In this document: piece after piece, positions 17,870 through 28,928 of the stretch
Layout of the letters: each line of letters starts with the position of its first letter
Position numbering within the stretch: the first letter of the stretch is position 1
NCBI RefSeq assembly: GCF_001590785.1
Contig: NZ_LTAO01000004.1
Span: 9,216-49,215, forward strand
Source of the DNA: Alkalihalobacillus trypoxylicola
GTDB lineage: Bacteria; Bacillota; Bacilli; Bacillales; Bacillaceae_D
DNA length: 40,000 bases
Reading direction: 5' to 3'
Position numbers and translations under genes: made by a program
Notes under the pieces: generated by a model
Seen by the model: the letters and a program-made list of their open reading frames with translations, nothing else
The model's database searches: none
What the model was told of the DNA's origin: nothing

Positions 17870-18444
17870 CGCAAAATCACCTCATTATTATCACGTGTAA
17901 CCGATAACCCTACCCTCATCTCTCTAACTCTTCTATATCTACGAAAATTAATAATTACTTCATTTTGTATCTTAATACTGTTATTTAATGCTGCTCTCAA
18001 CGTGTATACTAAATGCGCTGGCTTCATGCTTTCTAAAACTTCCACTATCATATCGATGTACTGCATGTCATCCATATTCATGTCCACATTTAACTGATAA
18101 TCTTCAGGAACTAACCTGATAAAAGCTGAAGGATTCTTTAGAAATCGATTCACCGCCCTTTCTAGAGAGCGATAAGTAACCGGTGGAATATTAGATGTCT
18201 TATTAAGACACCTAGCCCTTCTGTTCTCGATTGTATCGTTGGCTATCCTTTCAACATTTAATTTGTGTTCCCAACGATTTAATGACCAAGTAGCAGTCGA
18301 AATAAAGAATTGATCCAACGTATCAAAAATGAGGTGCTGCTGATTTTCAATTTCTGGTGCTTCGCTTAATAAAATTTCCTTCATTTCTCTTAGTTCAGTT
18401 AAAAATAATGGAAGATAGCTCGACATTTCCTCAATTTTGCTCAT
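17866..18444 (-). CDS. XkdU-like baseplate protein (DUF2313-type)
   Basis: Size and position after the Baseplate_J gene. Overlapping start and stop. Confidence 0.6.
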   Translation of the reverse strand: MSKIEEMSSYLPLFLTELREMKEILLSEAPEIENQQHLIFDTLDQFFISTATWSLNRWEHKLNVERIANDTIENRRARCLNKTSNIPPVTYRSLERAVNRFLKNPSAFIRLVPEDYQLNVDMNMDDMQYIDMIVEVLESMKPAHLVYTLRAALNNSIKIQNEVIINFRRYRRVREMRVGLSVTRDNNEVILR

Positions 18445-19507
18445 GAATGATGACCTCCTGAAGAAGAGGAATTTCTGTTTCTAGTAACTCCAGGTTATCA
18501 GCAACACCATTAATGAGAACATTGCTATAATCACTAACTGATTGTGCATGATAAAGAATGTTCATAATCTGACTGAGTCTAACGACATTTTCTTCAAAAG
18601 CAATACGCCTAAAAAAGCTTTGAAGCTCATACTCTACCTCTCTTTTTACATCATCAACGGTTCTACCTGTCACAGGTAACACGTCAGCGGTAATTTGAAC
18701 CTGTTTGTATACAGCACTTTCTACTGTCAAAGTAGCTCCGATCGGGGCTTGTCCTTCCCCTTGTCCTGGCATAGGATCAATATAATTTCTAACGGAATCA
18801 AGTAATGCTTGAGATGCCGGTTGCATATTTGCATTAATGATGACGATTTTTACAGTTCCATTTCCATTTGACAGTGGAAATACACGCGCTCGTCCAACTC
18901 CGTCCACTTCCTCCGCCCATTGACGATAATGTTCTTTATTGCCACTGACCGCTTCACGTCTTACTCTCACTAAGTAACGTTGATAAAGCGAGGAATCTTC
19001 TTCTGCATCTCTAGCAGGAATTAATTGGTCACCAATCTCTGCAATTGTTAAATTGGGAATCGTATCAAGAGGTTGTAGTAATTGGCCCAATAGATGCCTA
19101 TTTCCTTCTTCTCCTGCTGTCTCACATTGTATTTGATTATTGGTTAACGCAACAAAGTATAATGCCTCCGCATAGAAACGTGTGCCAGGTGCGATATCAA
19201 TATTAAATAACCCTTGCCAAACAGCCTTAGTTGCAGGTTGGCGTTCTATACCTGCTTCAATGGCTCGTTTTTCTAAAAATTCCCCTTGTGCGGTATCCGC
19301 AAATGCTTGGTCAAAAATATTTTCAATCCAAATATATGATTGAGCTAACTCTGCAGCTGCAGGTGATAAAGCATTCCAAATAACGCTATTCTCGCGCTTA
19401 TCTAAGTTATCTGGTATACGCTCTAACATTCTCTCCATAATAGCTTCAAACGTTTGTGACTCAAAAAAGGCTTTCGCTTGCTGAAAATTCATCTCTTTAA
19501 GCAACAT
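18431..19507 (-). CDS. Baseplate J-like protein (XkdT-like)
   Basis: 358 aa in the syntenic position, with a Baseplate_J-like sequence pattern. Confidence 0.7.
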   Translation of the reverse strand: MLLKEMNFQQAKAFFESQTFEAIMERMLERIPDNLDKRENSVIWNALSPAAAELAQSYIWIENIFDQAFADTAQGEFLEKRAIEAGIERQPATKAVWQGLFNIDIAPGTRFYAEALYFVALTNNQIQCETAGEEGNRHLLGQLLQPLDTIPNLTIAEIGDQLIPARDAEEDSSLYQRYLVRVRREAVSGNKEHYRQWAEEVDGVGRARVFPLSNGNGTVKIVIINANMQPASQALLDSVRNYIDPMPGQGEGQAPIGATLTVESAVYKQVQITADVLPVTGRTVDDVKREVEYELQSFFRRIAFEENVVRLSQIMNILYHAQSVSDYSNVLINGVADNLELLETEIPLLQEVIIHEQN

Positions 19508-19925
19508 TTATCACCTCTTCTAATTCAATCGATCCTTCGTCTGTTTCTACTACAAAAGAAACATAAAAAGCATCTTCACGTTTGATGATTGCAAAATCTT
19601 GTACACTTATAATTCTTTCATCATAAATGAGCGACTCTTCTATTAACCTTGGAATCTCCATTTCTTTGTAAACGTCAGTAGTTTCCTTATCAGCTAAAGT
19701 TTCTTCCAGTTCATTTCCTATATCATGACTATAAATAGGATAAGCATAACGTGCTGTTCGTAATACCATATACACAAATTGTTTGATAGCCTCTAATCCA
19801 CTTATATGATTGGACTCTATTCGTCCATTTACAAAGTCAATCGCATAAGTATTAGAAGGCTCAATAAACTCTTCTCCTTCTACTGTTTCTGAAATTTCAA
19901 CTTCTGGTGATAGCATATTTCTCAC
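19497..19925 (-). CDS. XkdS-like baseplate protein (DUF2634-type)
   Basis: 142 aa, syntenic. Confidence 0.55.
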   Translation of the reverse strand: MRNMLSPEVEISETVEGEEFIEPSNTYAIDFVNGRIESNHISGLEAIKQFVYMVLRTARYAYPIYSHDIGNELEETLADKETTDVYKEMEIPRLIEESLIYDERIISVQDFAIIKREDAFYVSFVVETDEGSIELEEVINVA

Positions 19926-19931
19926 TCCTTT

Positions 19932-20240
19932 CTAAATTTTATCGATCACAAAAATAGATTGGCCGCCTTGCAAAACAGCGACCATGACACGGTTACCAGG
20001 AGATAAGTCATTGTAAAAACGCATTTGTTTATCTTCACCATCAACCCTAATTAATCTTGTATGCTCCCTTAAATGTTGAGCGATCGTAATAAGAGAATGA
20101 GGAATGACAAGCTTTTGATGATCACCTAATCGAATAGACAATGGATTTACGGTTATAACTTCGGCAGGTACAAGCTCTAATGGGCTTATTGATTGATGGT
20201 ACCTACCAATAAATGTTTTTAATTCATTGGTTATACTCAT
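19932..20240 (-). CDS. XkdR-like protein (DUF2577-type)
   Basis: 102 aa, syntenic. Confidence 0.55.
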   Translation of the reverse strand: MSITNELKTFIGRYHQSISPLELVPAEVITVNPLSIRLGDHQKLVIPHSLITIAQHLREHTRLIRVDGEDKQMRFYNDLSPGNRVMVAVLQGGQSIFVIDKI

Positions 20241-21229
20241 GCGCTACCCTCCGGAATAGCATTAGTCCTAATGACATTAAGTACCATTGTATGGGTATTG
20301 CCACGAAATGTATGAATGTCTTTATCTACCCAATAGTTTTGGTTCACGGAAATTTCAGGTATAATGACTCTTACCGGTAAACCGCTTTGAACTTCATCAA
20401 TCCCAATGGCTTGAATACTACTTAATTTTCTTTTTACTCCGCGACGTTGAGATTGTCGTACGTTTGCTCGTTGTTGGAGCTGTGCTTGGTTCAAATCTTC
20501 TGTCACCGTTTCGGTATATTGCAAAATACCATATTTATTTCGACCAGCAGAATCATTAGCAACTGCTGTGTAAGTCTTATCCTCTTTTTGCATTCTCAGT
20601 TTAACTTTTGTAGCAGTATCTTCATCGATACTCGTAGAATAATCATATGAAGTGATATTGGCACTCTCTTTGTCACCAGTTTCTAAAACCCAAATTTCAC
20701 TTGGATTTGGCCAAGCCCTTAAACCTAACTTTCCCTTACTAGAATAAAGCTGATAGATATTCCCTGTTTGGCTTCTAGTCTCACTTAGAGCTTTTAGAAT
20801 AATGTCATATAGATTGGTATCATTCTTAAAAAGTAGAGATTTTATGACGAAGCCAGTATGGGAAATCGTTGTCATTGGAATTTGAAAATCATTACAAATG
20901 CGTCGCGTAATTTGATCAGCTCGTTGATTAGAAAACACGTAGACATCTTGGTTTCCAGTTAAATAACGAAGCATATCATAAGCAATAAAAGACACCGTAC
21001 TTTCGTCAGGGACTCTAGAAAAAACAGTTCCTCTAAACAACTCTTTTCCTCTCCATTTGAAGAGAACGGTGTCTCCCTCTTCAACACTGTGGTAGGTTTG
21101 TGTTCCTTGCCTAATGACAATTTCAACAGAAATCTTACGAGCAGCTGAAAAACGTTGTCCTTCCCAAACTACTTCAGACGTAACTAACTCAAGATGTTCA
21201 TTGGTTTTTATGTTCCATATTTCAATCAT
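20237..21229 (-). CDS. XkdQ/YqbQ-like baseplate hub (late control D-like)
   Basis: 330 aa, following the LysM protein as in PBSX. Confidence 0.65.
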   Translation of the reverse strand: MIEIWNIKTNEHLELVTSEVVWEGQRFSAARKISVEIVIRQGTQTYHSVEEGDTVLFKWRGKELFRGTVFSRVPDESTVSFIAYDMLRYLTGNQDVYVFSNQRADQITRRICNDFQIPMTTISHTGFVIKSLLFKNDTNLYDIILKALSETRSQTGNIYQLYSSKGKLGLRAWPNPSEIWVLETGDKESANITSYDYSTSIDEDTATKVKLRMQKEDKTYTAVANDSAGRNKYGILQYTETVTEDLNQAQLQQRANVRQSQRRGVKRKLSSIQAIGIDEVQSGLPVRVIIPEISVNQNYWVDKDIHTFRGNTHTMVLNVIRTNAIPEGSA

Positions 21230-21237
21230 TTCATCAC

Positions 21238-21918
21238 CTATTTTGGGATTACTAATTTAAAGCCAATATGAATCCAGTGACCTGGTTGTCTGTTATTTCG
21301 ACTATCCCGTTTAATTAAGGCAGCTTTGTTAGCGTTCCAAATTTTTTTCCATTCTGTACCCTTACCATAATTTTTAACAGCAATCGCCCATAGTGTATCG
21401 CCACGTTTTACGGTATACGTTTTAGGAGCCGGCTTACTTGGCCGTTTGGTCGTTGTCGTTACTTTTTTCTTAACTTGCTGTTTAATGCGTCTAGGTTTTG
21501 CAAACTTATATTCTTTTAAAGTAACCGTAAAATCCCAATCACCGATGTCCTTTGCGCCTTCAAAGTAATCAAAGGTTTCAATGCTACATTCTAAATTGAT
21601 TTTAGTCTTGGTTATCATAAACCTTATCGGCTTATTACTTTTTCTCCATCCCTCTACAATTGAAATGACTCTTTCTGGATGAGGAATATTTCTATATTCA
21701 CAAATGCTTGAATAATTAAGCGGAAAAAAAGAAGCAAAGGAAATCTCCTTCGCTCCTGGTACATTCATGACCGTTAGATCGCCAAACTTAGCCACTTTTA
21801 CTGATTCATTTTGGTACATATTTTTAATATTTAACTGTTCTGGTAATACAGGAAGGCGAAGCTTCTCTTTTCCTTGACTTAACCAGAATTCGTAAACAGA
21901 TTTAGTCATAAACCTCAC
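21238..21918 (-). CDS. LysM-domain tail protein (XkdP-like)
   Basis: C-terminal LysM ([18 protein letters not shown]...). Overlaps the tape-measure stop. Confidence 0.8.
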   Translation of the reverse strand: MRFMTKSVYEFWLSQGKEKLRLPVLPEQLNIKNMYQNESVKVAKFGDLTVMNVPGAKEISFASFFPLNYSSICEYRNIPHPERVISIVEGWRKSNKPIRFMITKTKINLECSIETFDYFEGAKDIGDWDFTVTLKEYKFAKPRRIKQQVKKKVTTTTKRPSKPAPKTYTVKRGDTLWAIAVKNYGKGTEWKKIWNANKAALIKRDSRNNRQPGHWIHIGFKLVIPK

Positions 21919-24900
21919 CCCCTATACCGTTGTTGTTGGCTTCCACTAAAATCTCTTGGATTGCTTTTATAACTTTTTGAGTTACTTTTTCTGAATCTTG
22001 ATCATCGGAATAGTAATTATCACCATTAATATGGACAACAATATCTCCTGGATTTGTACTAGATGAAGCACTCTCTTGCTTGTGGATATACCTCATTTTT
22101 GATTCAGAAACTGTTTTACTAGATTGGTTTCCTTCCCTTTTATCATGTACACTCATACCGAGTTCATTTGCAGCACGCTTTAGAAGCATTCTTCCTCGTT
22201 CACGATAAGTATTAGTAGGAATTATATATTCTCTGCCTTGTTCACCTATCCAGCTCAAAGTTTTACTATTAATAACTCCACCACGATAATTTTTATCTGG
22301 GGTTATACCCGTTATTTCTTCACCACGAGAAGTAGTTTTACTTATAAACTTAACAACATTTCCTCCCCAACTTTTTAAGGTGTCTCCCCATCCTTTTACC
22401 GTATTCCAAGCGCCTATGATTTGATCCCAGATAGGTTTAACTACTGCCCATGCCGATTCAAACGCTCCTTGGATGCCTTCACCAACAGACTCTACTCCTT
22501 CTTCAATAGGTGTCCATACCGTTTCATTAAACCATTCTGATACATCGTTCCATACTTCCGTCACATAATTCCATCCATTTGAGAAAAATTCTCCTATAGA
22601 ATTAGTCAAGTTTTCTACATCAAGCGAAATCGGTTCCCATATATTCACATTAAACCATTCTTTAACGAGCCCCCAAATTAATTTTATACCTTCCCAAGCC
22701 ATAAGAAAGCCTGTACCAAGCGTTGTCAATAAAATATCAATATCTTCTAATAATGGCTCCCATACCGTTTCATTAAACCATGTACTTAAATTAGCCCACT
22801 GTTCAATGACCCAATCTTTAGCAGCAGTCCACCGCTCTGAAATCCAGTCTGTTACCAATTCTACTTGTTCTTTTATAGGCTCCCATACCGTTTCATTAAA
22901 CCATTGACTAAAGGATAACCATTTCTCCATAACCAAATCCCTTACAGCATCCCACTTTTCGGAGAGCCAATCGGTTGTTGAGGTAACCCCTTCCTTTAAT
23001 GGTGTCCATACAGCTTCATTAAACCAATCAGAGAACGAATTCCATATAGATGTGACCCACTCTTCTGCGTATGCCCAAAGCCCAACAAAAAAATTCATGG
23101 TATTAATCCCTACATTCTTTAACGGATTCCATACCTTTTCATCGAACCATTGACTAAATGTGCTCCATTTCCCTTTCACCCAATCTTTGGCATTATCCCA
23201 CGTATCAGAAAGCCAATCAGTTACTGAGGAAAACCCCTCTTTTATCGGTTCCCATATTTTTTTAGAAAACCAACCCTCTAAATCAGACCAGATTCCTTTT
23301 ATTCTTCCCATCGTATCTGTCCATTTTTCTTCTATTTTCTCAAAAACATTATTATCATTGAGCCAATCGACAAACTTTTCTCCACCAATAGCTCCGCCAA
23401 TTCCTCCAGCTAATCCACCAATTACTGTTCCCACACCTGGTATAAAAGAACCAACTGTTCCACCTACCGCAGCTCCAGCTAAACCTCCAGCAACACTTCC
23501 TATTGCTTTTGCTCTTTCTTCTTTAGGGGCTGCTAAAATGGTTCCTGCTCCTAAAACTGCTCCTAAATACGGGATTTTTCTAGCAACTTTTCTTAGGTTT
23601 CCACCTGATTTCTTATTTTTAGTTGACTTATTCCAGTTAGGTTTTTTCTTCTTATTGAGACAAGGATTTGTATAAACAGGGTTTTTAACGGTTTTTCTTT
23701 TCCCATCATTCTTGCAAAATGATCCAAACCAACTATTTCTGCCTTTACTTTTTCGCTTATCATTTCTTGGATTTTTCTTTTGTTTTGGGTTTGATTTTTT
23801 AAAAACCTTCTTTAAAACATTTCCTATTGGTTGATAAGCTTTCATTAGTTTTGCTACTAAGCCAATCACTAATGCATCCGCTATTAAAGCACCAGCAATA
23901 GAACCTTTATTAATTAACTCTTCATTACCTGTTAATTTCCCCCATAAAGATTGAAATCCACCCCAGTTTATTTCAAGAAACTTCTTCCCAATTTTCTTAA
24001 ATAAATCTGCCGGATTAAGAGCTTCCAAAAAGCTTTCAACAAATTGTTTTCCTGCTGTTGCGCCAATATCAATAAATCCATTACCTGTAGAATTATGATC
24101 AACACCTAATAATCCATTGATAATTCCATTGATAATTCCCCCGTAGGTATCCCCCCCATTTTTAGCCATATTATTAAGACCAGGTTCTCCTACATTATTC
24201 CACCACTCACTAAAAACATCTTGAGTATTATCCCACACGATTTCCCATCTGGCTTTAAATGTTAAATTACTATCTGGTTCAAATAGGATTTGAAGCTGAT
24301 CACCAATAAACTCAAACACTTTTGAAGTTGGGTTCAAAATAGCTTGAGCAAGGTGCTCACCAGCATTCTCAATTTGCTTTTCTATTTCATTAATTATATC
24401 TTTATTTTCACTTGTCCACTCACGAAACGCTACCAAAGCAGGTTGAAAAGCATTACTTAACCCCTTACCCCATGGTATGATTAGGCTATCTTGAAATAAA
24501 TCCTTAATACCTTTAGATAAGACACCTATATTATTAGACATATTTAACATCGTACCACTATAACGATCAAATTCGCTTGTCACATTAGGCCATATATCAC
24601 CTATATCGTCTCCGCTTTTAGCAAGCTTTTGAATCCTTTTCATTGACTCTCCTGAAATAACTCCCATATCTCGTAATGCTGTGGTTGCCATTTCAATTGA
24701 ATGTCCAGATTCTAAATCATCGTATAAACGCCCCATCCAAAACGAAACATCTTTAAATGATTTTTGTGTTCCCGTAGCAATATCTCCTACTAATGTTAAA
24801 CCATCAGGTGTAGATAAGGCATTTCCAGTTGATATCTGTAGCATGTGTGAAGCTTCAAAGATTTCATCTTTCGTAAACGGTGTTTGTCTTGCAAATGAAC

Positions 24901-25723
24901 TTAATTCGTCTAACCTTTTATCTGCCGCCTCACGACTTCCTAACATTGCTTCAAACGAAGTAGTCTGATTTTGTCTGTTAGCTACCATCTTAAGAGGAGC
25001 GACAACACCGCCATTCATTACACTAGTAGCTGAATTAGATATTTTCTTTAAAGGCTGAGTAGCAAAATCTATTAGTCTAACGGTTAGTTTTACACCTTTA
25101 TTAAGATACGTGGATGCAAATGTATAAATCCCCTTTGCAGCACGAGTAAATTGATCAATGAGACGTACAGGAACATTGAAACCTGTGGAAAATGTCGCAC
25201 GTACTCTTGCTGCGATACGACTAACTGTTTGACTAATTCGATCTATAGCTATTAAAGGTGCTGTAAATCCTCTAGCAAGATTTCTTTTAGCAAATTGATA
25301 GACACGCTCCATTGTTTTACTAGCTCTATCCTTGGCAATAATTCCAAATTCATAGTACCTTCCAAAACGATTGATTAAATTCTGACGTAATCTTGTAATT
25401 AATGGTGAAGTTTTATCAATAGCTTTAAGAATTAATTCATGTGTTTTAGGTAATCTTCTCAAAATAAAATCATTCACACGTTGAATTTGTTTTGTGGCTA
25501 AATCTCGCACTCTTATAATAATTTGATGAGATCGTAAAGCTTTTTGGTTCATATACTTCTCGATTTTTTTCATGCCTATACTTACACGATCTTCTATTCT
25601 AATGATAAAAGGTCGTTCTAATTTCTTTCGACGAAATTCCAATCGATTTAACTCACCATTAATTCTTTTTAGTTTCTTAGTTATTCTATCCTCAAGATCA
25701 AACCTTGCAGTTAAACGAGCCAT
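21902..25723 (-). CDS. Tail tape measure protein (XkdO-like)
   Basis: 1273 aa. Helical N-terminal part, a Lys-rich segment, a Gly-zipper TM region and Trp-rich ~40-aa tandem repeats (W..FS.WFNE.VW.P). RBS GGGAGGAGGGG. Confidence 0.9.
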   Translation of the reverse strand: MARLTARFDLEDRITKKLKRINGELNRLEFRRKKLERPFIIRIEDRVSIGMKKIEKYMNQKALRSHQIIIRVRDLATKQIQRVNDFILRRLPKTHELILKAIDKTSPLITRLRQNLINRFGRYYEFGIIAKDRASKTMERVYQFAKRNLARGFTAPLIAIDRISQTVSRIAARVRATFSTGFNVPVRLIDQFTRAAKGIYTFASTYLNKGVKLTVRLIDFATQPLKKISNSATSVMNGGVVAPLKMVANRQNQTTSFEAMLGSREAADKRLDELSSFARQTPFTKDEIFEASHMLQISTGNALSTPDGLTLVGDIATGTQKSFKDVSFWMGRLYDDLESGHSIEMATTALRDMGVISGESMKRIQKLAKSGDDIGDIWPNVTSEFDRYSGTMLNMSNNIGVLSKGIKDLFQDSLIIPWGKGLSNAFQPALVAFREWTSENKDIINEIEKQIENAGEHLAQAILNPTSKVFEFIGDQLQILFEPDSNLTFKARWEIVWDNTQDVFSEWWNNVGEPGLNNMAKNGGDTYGGIINGIINGLLGVDHNSTGNGFIDIGATAGKQFVESFLEALNPADLFKKIGKKFLEINWGGFQSLWGKLTGNEELINKGSIAGALIADALVIGLVAKLMKAYQPIGNVLKKVFKKSNPKQKKNPRNDKRKSKGRNSWFGSFCKNDGKRKTVKNPVYTNPCLNKKKKPNWNKSTKNKKSGGNLRKVARKIPYLGAVLGAGTILAAPKEERAKAIGSVAGGLAGAAVGGTVGSFIPGVGTVIGGLAGGIGGAIGGEKFVDWLNDNNVFEKIEEKWTDTMGRIKGIWSDLEGWFSKKIWEPIKEGFSSVTDWLSDTWDNAKDWVKGKWSTFSQWFDEKVWNPLKNVGINTMNFFVGLWAYAEEWVTSIWNSFSDWFNEAVWTPLKEGVTSTTDWLSEKWDAVRDLVMEKWLSFSQWFNETVWEPIKEQVELVTDWISERWTAAKDWVIEQWANLSTWFNETVWEPLLEDIDILLTTLGTGFLMAWEGIKLIWGLVKEWFNVNIWEPISLDVENLTNSIGEFFSNGWNYVTEVWNDVSEWFNETVWTPIEEGVESVGEGIQGAFESAWAVVKPIWDQIIGAWNTVKGWGDTLKSWGGNVVKFISKTTSRGEEITGITPDKNYRGGVINSKTLSWIGEQGREYIIPTNTYRERGRMLLKRAANELGMSVHDKREGNQSSKTVSESKMRYIHKQESASSSTNPGDIVVHINGDNYYSDDQDSEKVTQKVIKAIQEILVEANNNGIGGEVYD

Positions 25724-25737
25724 TAATCCCCTCCTCC

Positions 25738-25893
25738 CTATCTTTTCTTTTCAGCCTTTTTTGATTCTTTTGCTATGACTTCAAGCTTATGGTCAATCAT
25801 TCCATATAATAGTGCTTTATAGTTTTTCGGTGCTTTATATAATTCTTCTAGAGCTGCAGGGGAGTAATGTAGTTCATGTAGTGCATAATACAT
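25738..25893 (-). CDS. Small ORF between chaperone and tape measure; probably the -1 frameshift extension of the XkdN-like chaperone (or separately initiated)
   Basis: My translation is MYYALHELHYSPAALEELYKAPKNYKALLYGMIDHKLEVIAKESKKAEKKR. The same frame is open upstream to 25947 and overlaps the chaperone 3' end. Confidence 0.55.
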   Translation of the reverse strand: MYYALHELHYSPAALEELYKAPKNYKALLYGMIDHKLEVIAKESKKAEKKR

Positions 25894-25922
25894 ATAAACG
25901 GCATCCCTCTCCCCCGACTCAA

Positions 25923-26381
25923 TTAGTTTTTTGCTAATTCCTGAAGTTCATCTAAATCTTCATCAAACCCGTTCACTTCCATTGCTTTATTAATCCAGTT
26001 TGTATATTCACCACCTACACTTAAAACTGTTTTTGCAATATCTATTGGATCTGGGGACTTATAGGCACTTGTAAATTCTTTACTTTTAAAATTAGGGTAA
26101 ACCGTTGTCTCCACCGCAATCCTTGCAGAAAAGCGTGCAGCATCAAAATCTTTAACTCTTCCAACACCTTTTTTATTTTTAAAAGTCGTACAATCTTTCT
26201 CAAGCTCATCAATTCTGTCTGTTGAAATAGCCTTAAAGATAAAAGGAATTACTTCGTTATTTTTTTTAAACCGTTTAGATATTACAGCCGTCATTTCTTG
26301 AGGCTCTTCATAGTTTCCAGGCATAAAAATAGAAATATCTTGTACAAACTGTTCTAGATTATTATCATTATTTTTATTCAT
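25923..26381 (-). CDS. XkdN-like tail assembly chaperone
   Basis: 152 aa, between the tube and tape measure genes. Confidence 0.7.
   Translation of the reverse strand: MNKNNDNNLEQFVQDISIFMPGNYEEPQEMTAVISKRFKKNNEVIPFIFKAISTDRIDELEKDCTTFKNKKGVGRVKDFDAARFSARIAVETTVYPNFKSKEFTSAYKSPDPIDIAKTVLSVGGEYTNWINKAMEVNGFDEDLDELQELAKN
25926..25932 (-). promoter_or_regulatory. Candidate -1 programmed ribosomal frameshift slippery heptamer A_AAA_AAC
   Basis: The mRNA reads GCA AAA AAC UAA. The heptamer is in the correct zero-frame register immediately before the chaperone stop. Confidence 0.55.
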
Positions 26382-26436
26382 TAAAAATTCTCTCCCTTTA
26401 ATAAGAAATAAGAGGCACTTTTATGTGCCTCATTAA

Positions 26437-26883
26437 TTAAAATGTATCGTTTAAAGCATTATCTAAATCAATATCTTCAAAAGTGAACGGTAATTCTTCC
26501 TCTAATGCCTCCGCTTCAACATCGAGACCAGCAACTTTTACACTATCAAAATTTACGTCATATAAAGTTACTCGCTCTACTCCACGGTCAGAGGAAGGAT
26601 CATCAATCACTACTTGCATTGTAAAATATAAATCTTGACCGTTCTTTATATATTCCAACATAATCTTAATAAATCGACTAGTTACCTTATAGAAAGTAGT
26701 ATTTCCTGTTCCACTTGCACCTGTTGTTTTATGACCTTCCATTCTTCGACCCATAATAGGGATAGCGGCTTTATTTTTTTCTATTGTTGCTTCTATATTT
26801 TTTAAATGAGCCATCTCTTCCCCATCGAGAAAAAGTCGACCCTCTTTACCAGATATGGTATTTTGAGCACGTAATTTTGACAT
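26437..26883 (-). CDS. Tail tube protein (XkdM-like)
   Basis: 148 aa directly after the sheath gene, with an XkdM-type pattern (ISGKEGRLFLDGEEMAHLKNIEA...). Confidence 0.8.
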   Translation of the reverse strand: MSKLRAQNTISGKEGRLFLDGEEMAHLKNIEATIEKNKAAIPIMGRRMEGHKTTGASGTGNTTFYKVTSRFIKIMLEYIKNGQDLYFTMQVVIDDPSSDRGVERVTLYDVNFDSVKVAGLDVEAEALEEELPFTFEDIDLDNALNDTF

Positions 26884-26886
26884 GAA

Positions 26887-28233
26887 TTATCTCGCCTCCA
26901 CAGTAAAATAGAATTTTTCAGCTGCATCAATTGGTTGAATAGCTATATCAATTAAAAACCCATCACGATCACCATTAAATCGAATCACAACATCTGTTTC
27001 TGAATTAAAATTCTCAATCCCACCTGATGTTTGTAAAGTAATCATATATTGATTAATTAATGATTTTATATATGCCATTCCATCTTGTGATGCGGGAATA
27101 TCTGCCCCTGATTCTTTCCTAAGTTTAATTAATTTCTTGATTTCATGTGTCAAATCATTATTTACAGCATCTAAAACACGTATGATTTTATTTTTGGCCA
27201 TCTTATTACTCTTATTTGAGGAAAAGCTAACAAAAGAATTTATATCCTTCTCTACTGATACGGTCTTAGTACGTGCATCATATGTGAACAAAAACTCACC
27301 ATTTTTTAATCGTTCAATAATTTCTTCATTATCGTAGCGTTCAATTACATTAGTAGCTCCTTCATATTCTAAAAAAGTTAAAGATTGATTAAACGTTGCA
27401 CCAGCAGACGCGCCAGCAACCCAGGCAGTGGCTTTATCAGCTGTAATTTCAGTACCATCTTCAAGCATAACTCCATTTGTGACATTTACAATTCCCTCAT
27501 AGTCTCCAGCATAATTAGATAATACTCCAATAATTTTCTGACCTTGTTGTTCCCTTAATCGCTTGAGATAGGATACAAAAGTCGCCTTAAGCTGTTGATT
27601 CTCTTTTACAGGAAGAGCAATTACATCAAAGTATTCTGTTTCAGCTGCTTCTAAAAAGCTCATGTAATCTGAGTTAGTAGCAATACCATCAGAGCCACCT
27701 AGTAATCTAGTTCCTGCAGTAAAATCGGGAATACCTTCACCTTCAAATCTCAAAAATTGATTCGGCTTTAGTTCTTCTATCGTTGTAATAATTTGGCGAT
27801 CGACTTCATTAACACCCACATAAGTTACAATATCTTTTTTATCAGTATCTAAAACGTTTTCCGTCACTTGTACAATAATTTCATTTCCCTTGGAACCCCC
27901 ATGTTGAGCAATAGCAGTGAACTCTTCTCCAATAACCGCTCTTGCTGCCTCACCTTCATTTAAACGATAAAGCATAACTGTCTTAGCTCTCTTCATTGCT
28001 TCTCGTAGTAATAATAATTTAGGCTCATCTATTCCTAGCCCTACCTTCTGTTGCAAATCTTCTAAGTTAGAGATAGAGAAAAATGTCTTGGCCTCTCCCC
28101 AATTCATAACTAAAGGTAACGCAACAATTCCTCGTTCTCCTAATACTACTCTTTGTTGTGCAATAGATTTAAAGTTAAAATAAATACCTGCTCGTTCTTT
28201 CTCTACTCCAGGCGTAAATGTTCCACCATTCAT
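26887..28233 (-). CDS. Contractile tail sheath protein (XkdK-like)
   Basis: 448 aa. The N-terminus GTFTPGVEKERAGIYFNFKS is typical of XkdK-type sheaths. Confidence 0.85.
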   Translation of the reverse strand: MNGGTFTPGVEKERAGIYFNFKSIAQQRVVLGERGIVALPLVMNWGEAKTFFSISNLEDLQQKVGLGIDEPKLLLLREAMKRAKTVMLYRLNEGEAARAVIGEEFTAIAQHGGSKGNEIIVQVTENVLDTDKKDIVTYVGVNEVDRQIITTIEELKPNQFLRFEGEGIPDFTAGTRLLGGSDGIATNSDYMSFLEAAETEYFDVIALPVKENQQLKATFVSYLKRLREQQGQKIIGVLSNYAGDYEGIVNVTNGVMLEDGTEITADKATAWVAGASAGATFNQSLTFLEYEGATNVIERYDNEEIIERLKNGEFLFTYDARTKTVSVEKDINSFVSFSSNKSNKMAKNKIIRVLDAVNNDLTHEIKKLIKLRKESGADIPASQDGMAYIKSLINQYMITLQTSGGIENFNSETDVVIRFNGDRDGFLIDIAIQPIDAAEKFYFTVEAR

Positions 28234-28236
28234 AAT

Positions 28237-28476
28237 TTAGTTAGCCTCCCTTGTTAGAAATAATCGAATATATCTTTCCACTTGTGATTTTGTTATCTGA
28301 TTACCTTTAATATTAAAAAGAGCACCGTCAATGACTTCAGGCTTAATTCCAAAAAGTCTTCGACTGTGCTCTCTTAATTCATTTAAGTAAAATTCATTAG
28401 TTAAATGTTGTTCTATGAATTCATCATTTTGTTTCTTTTTATTACCTTTTAAATCTACCTTCTTGACTTTTGTCAT
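28237..28476 (-). CDS. Small hypothetical phage protein preceding the sheath gene
   Basis: 79 aa, translationally coupled. Confidence 0.45.
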   Translation of the reverse strand: MTKVKKVDLKGNKKKQNDEFIEQHLTNEFYLNELREHSRRLFGIKPEVIDGALFNIKGNQITKSQVERYIRLFLTREAN

Positions 28477-28928
28477 CTTTTCACTCCGTTATTTATTCCC
28501 ACTCCTTTAAGTGGTGGAAACTCTGGTTTTGTATATTGATAACGACTACTCCAATTTAATATAAGGCTTGCAAAATTTTGATTAGAACCTCTTACTTCTA
28601 CATTACGAATAATAAAAGAGTTACCAATTGATTGTACAGTACCATCTACAATAGTAATAAGCATACGATTATTCCTTATTGCATCAGCTAACTTTTCCGT
28701 CTCTTCCAATGCGTGTACAGAAGATGTATGAAAAACTTTAATGTTGAGTGTATACGATAGGTTATATGTGCTTACCGTATCAATACCATTAGTTACTGAA
28801 GGTTGAGGAATATAAATAGATGGTATCTCATGATTAGGTTCCAATTCATCTATATAAATTGGAACATCTAAATTCTTAGTTAAAAATTCTCCAATTAACT
28901 TTACTTCTGAATTCAATGTATCCCTCAC
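28473..28928 (-). CDS. XkdJ-like tail-completion/terminator protein
   Basis: 151 aa, syntenic. Confidence 0.5.
   Translation of the reverse strand: MRDTLNSEVKLIGEFLTKNLDVPIYIDELEPNHEIPSIYIPQPSVTNGIDTVSTYNLSYTLNIKVFHTSSVHALEETEKLADAIRNNRMLITIVDGTVQSIGNSFIIRNVEVRGSNQNFASLILNWSSRYQYTKPEFPPLKGVGINNGVKR

Noticed and set aside
23160-23675. 171-aa plus-strand ORF antisense to the tape measure gene, and similar antisense or alternate-frame ORFs elsewhere: 1075..1272, 2528..2887, 4277..4591, 5786..5986, 7246..7563, 7594..7782, 7891..8256, 8286..8747, 9413..9616, 10525..10767, 11330..11530, 13230..13469, 13807..13998, 14914..15246, 15979..16275, 16400..16672, 17861..18097, 20447..20650, 24681..24968, 25572..25778, 27137..27337, 30269..30579, 31762..32199, 35779..35961, 36506..36828, 37982..38227.
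   Set aside because: All are embedded in well-supported genes, either on the opposite strand or in another frame. They lack RBSs and translate to low-complexity or nonsense-like sequence.
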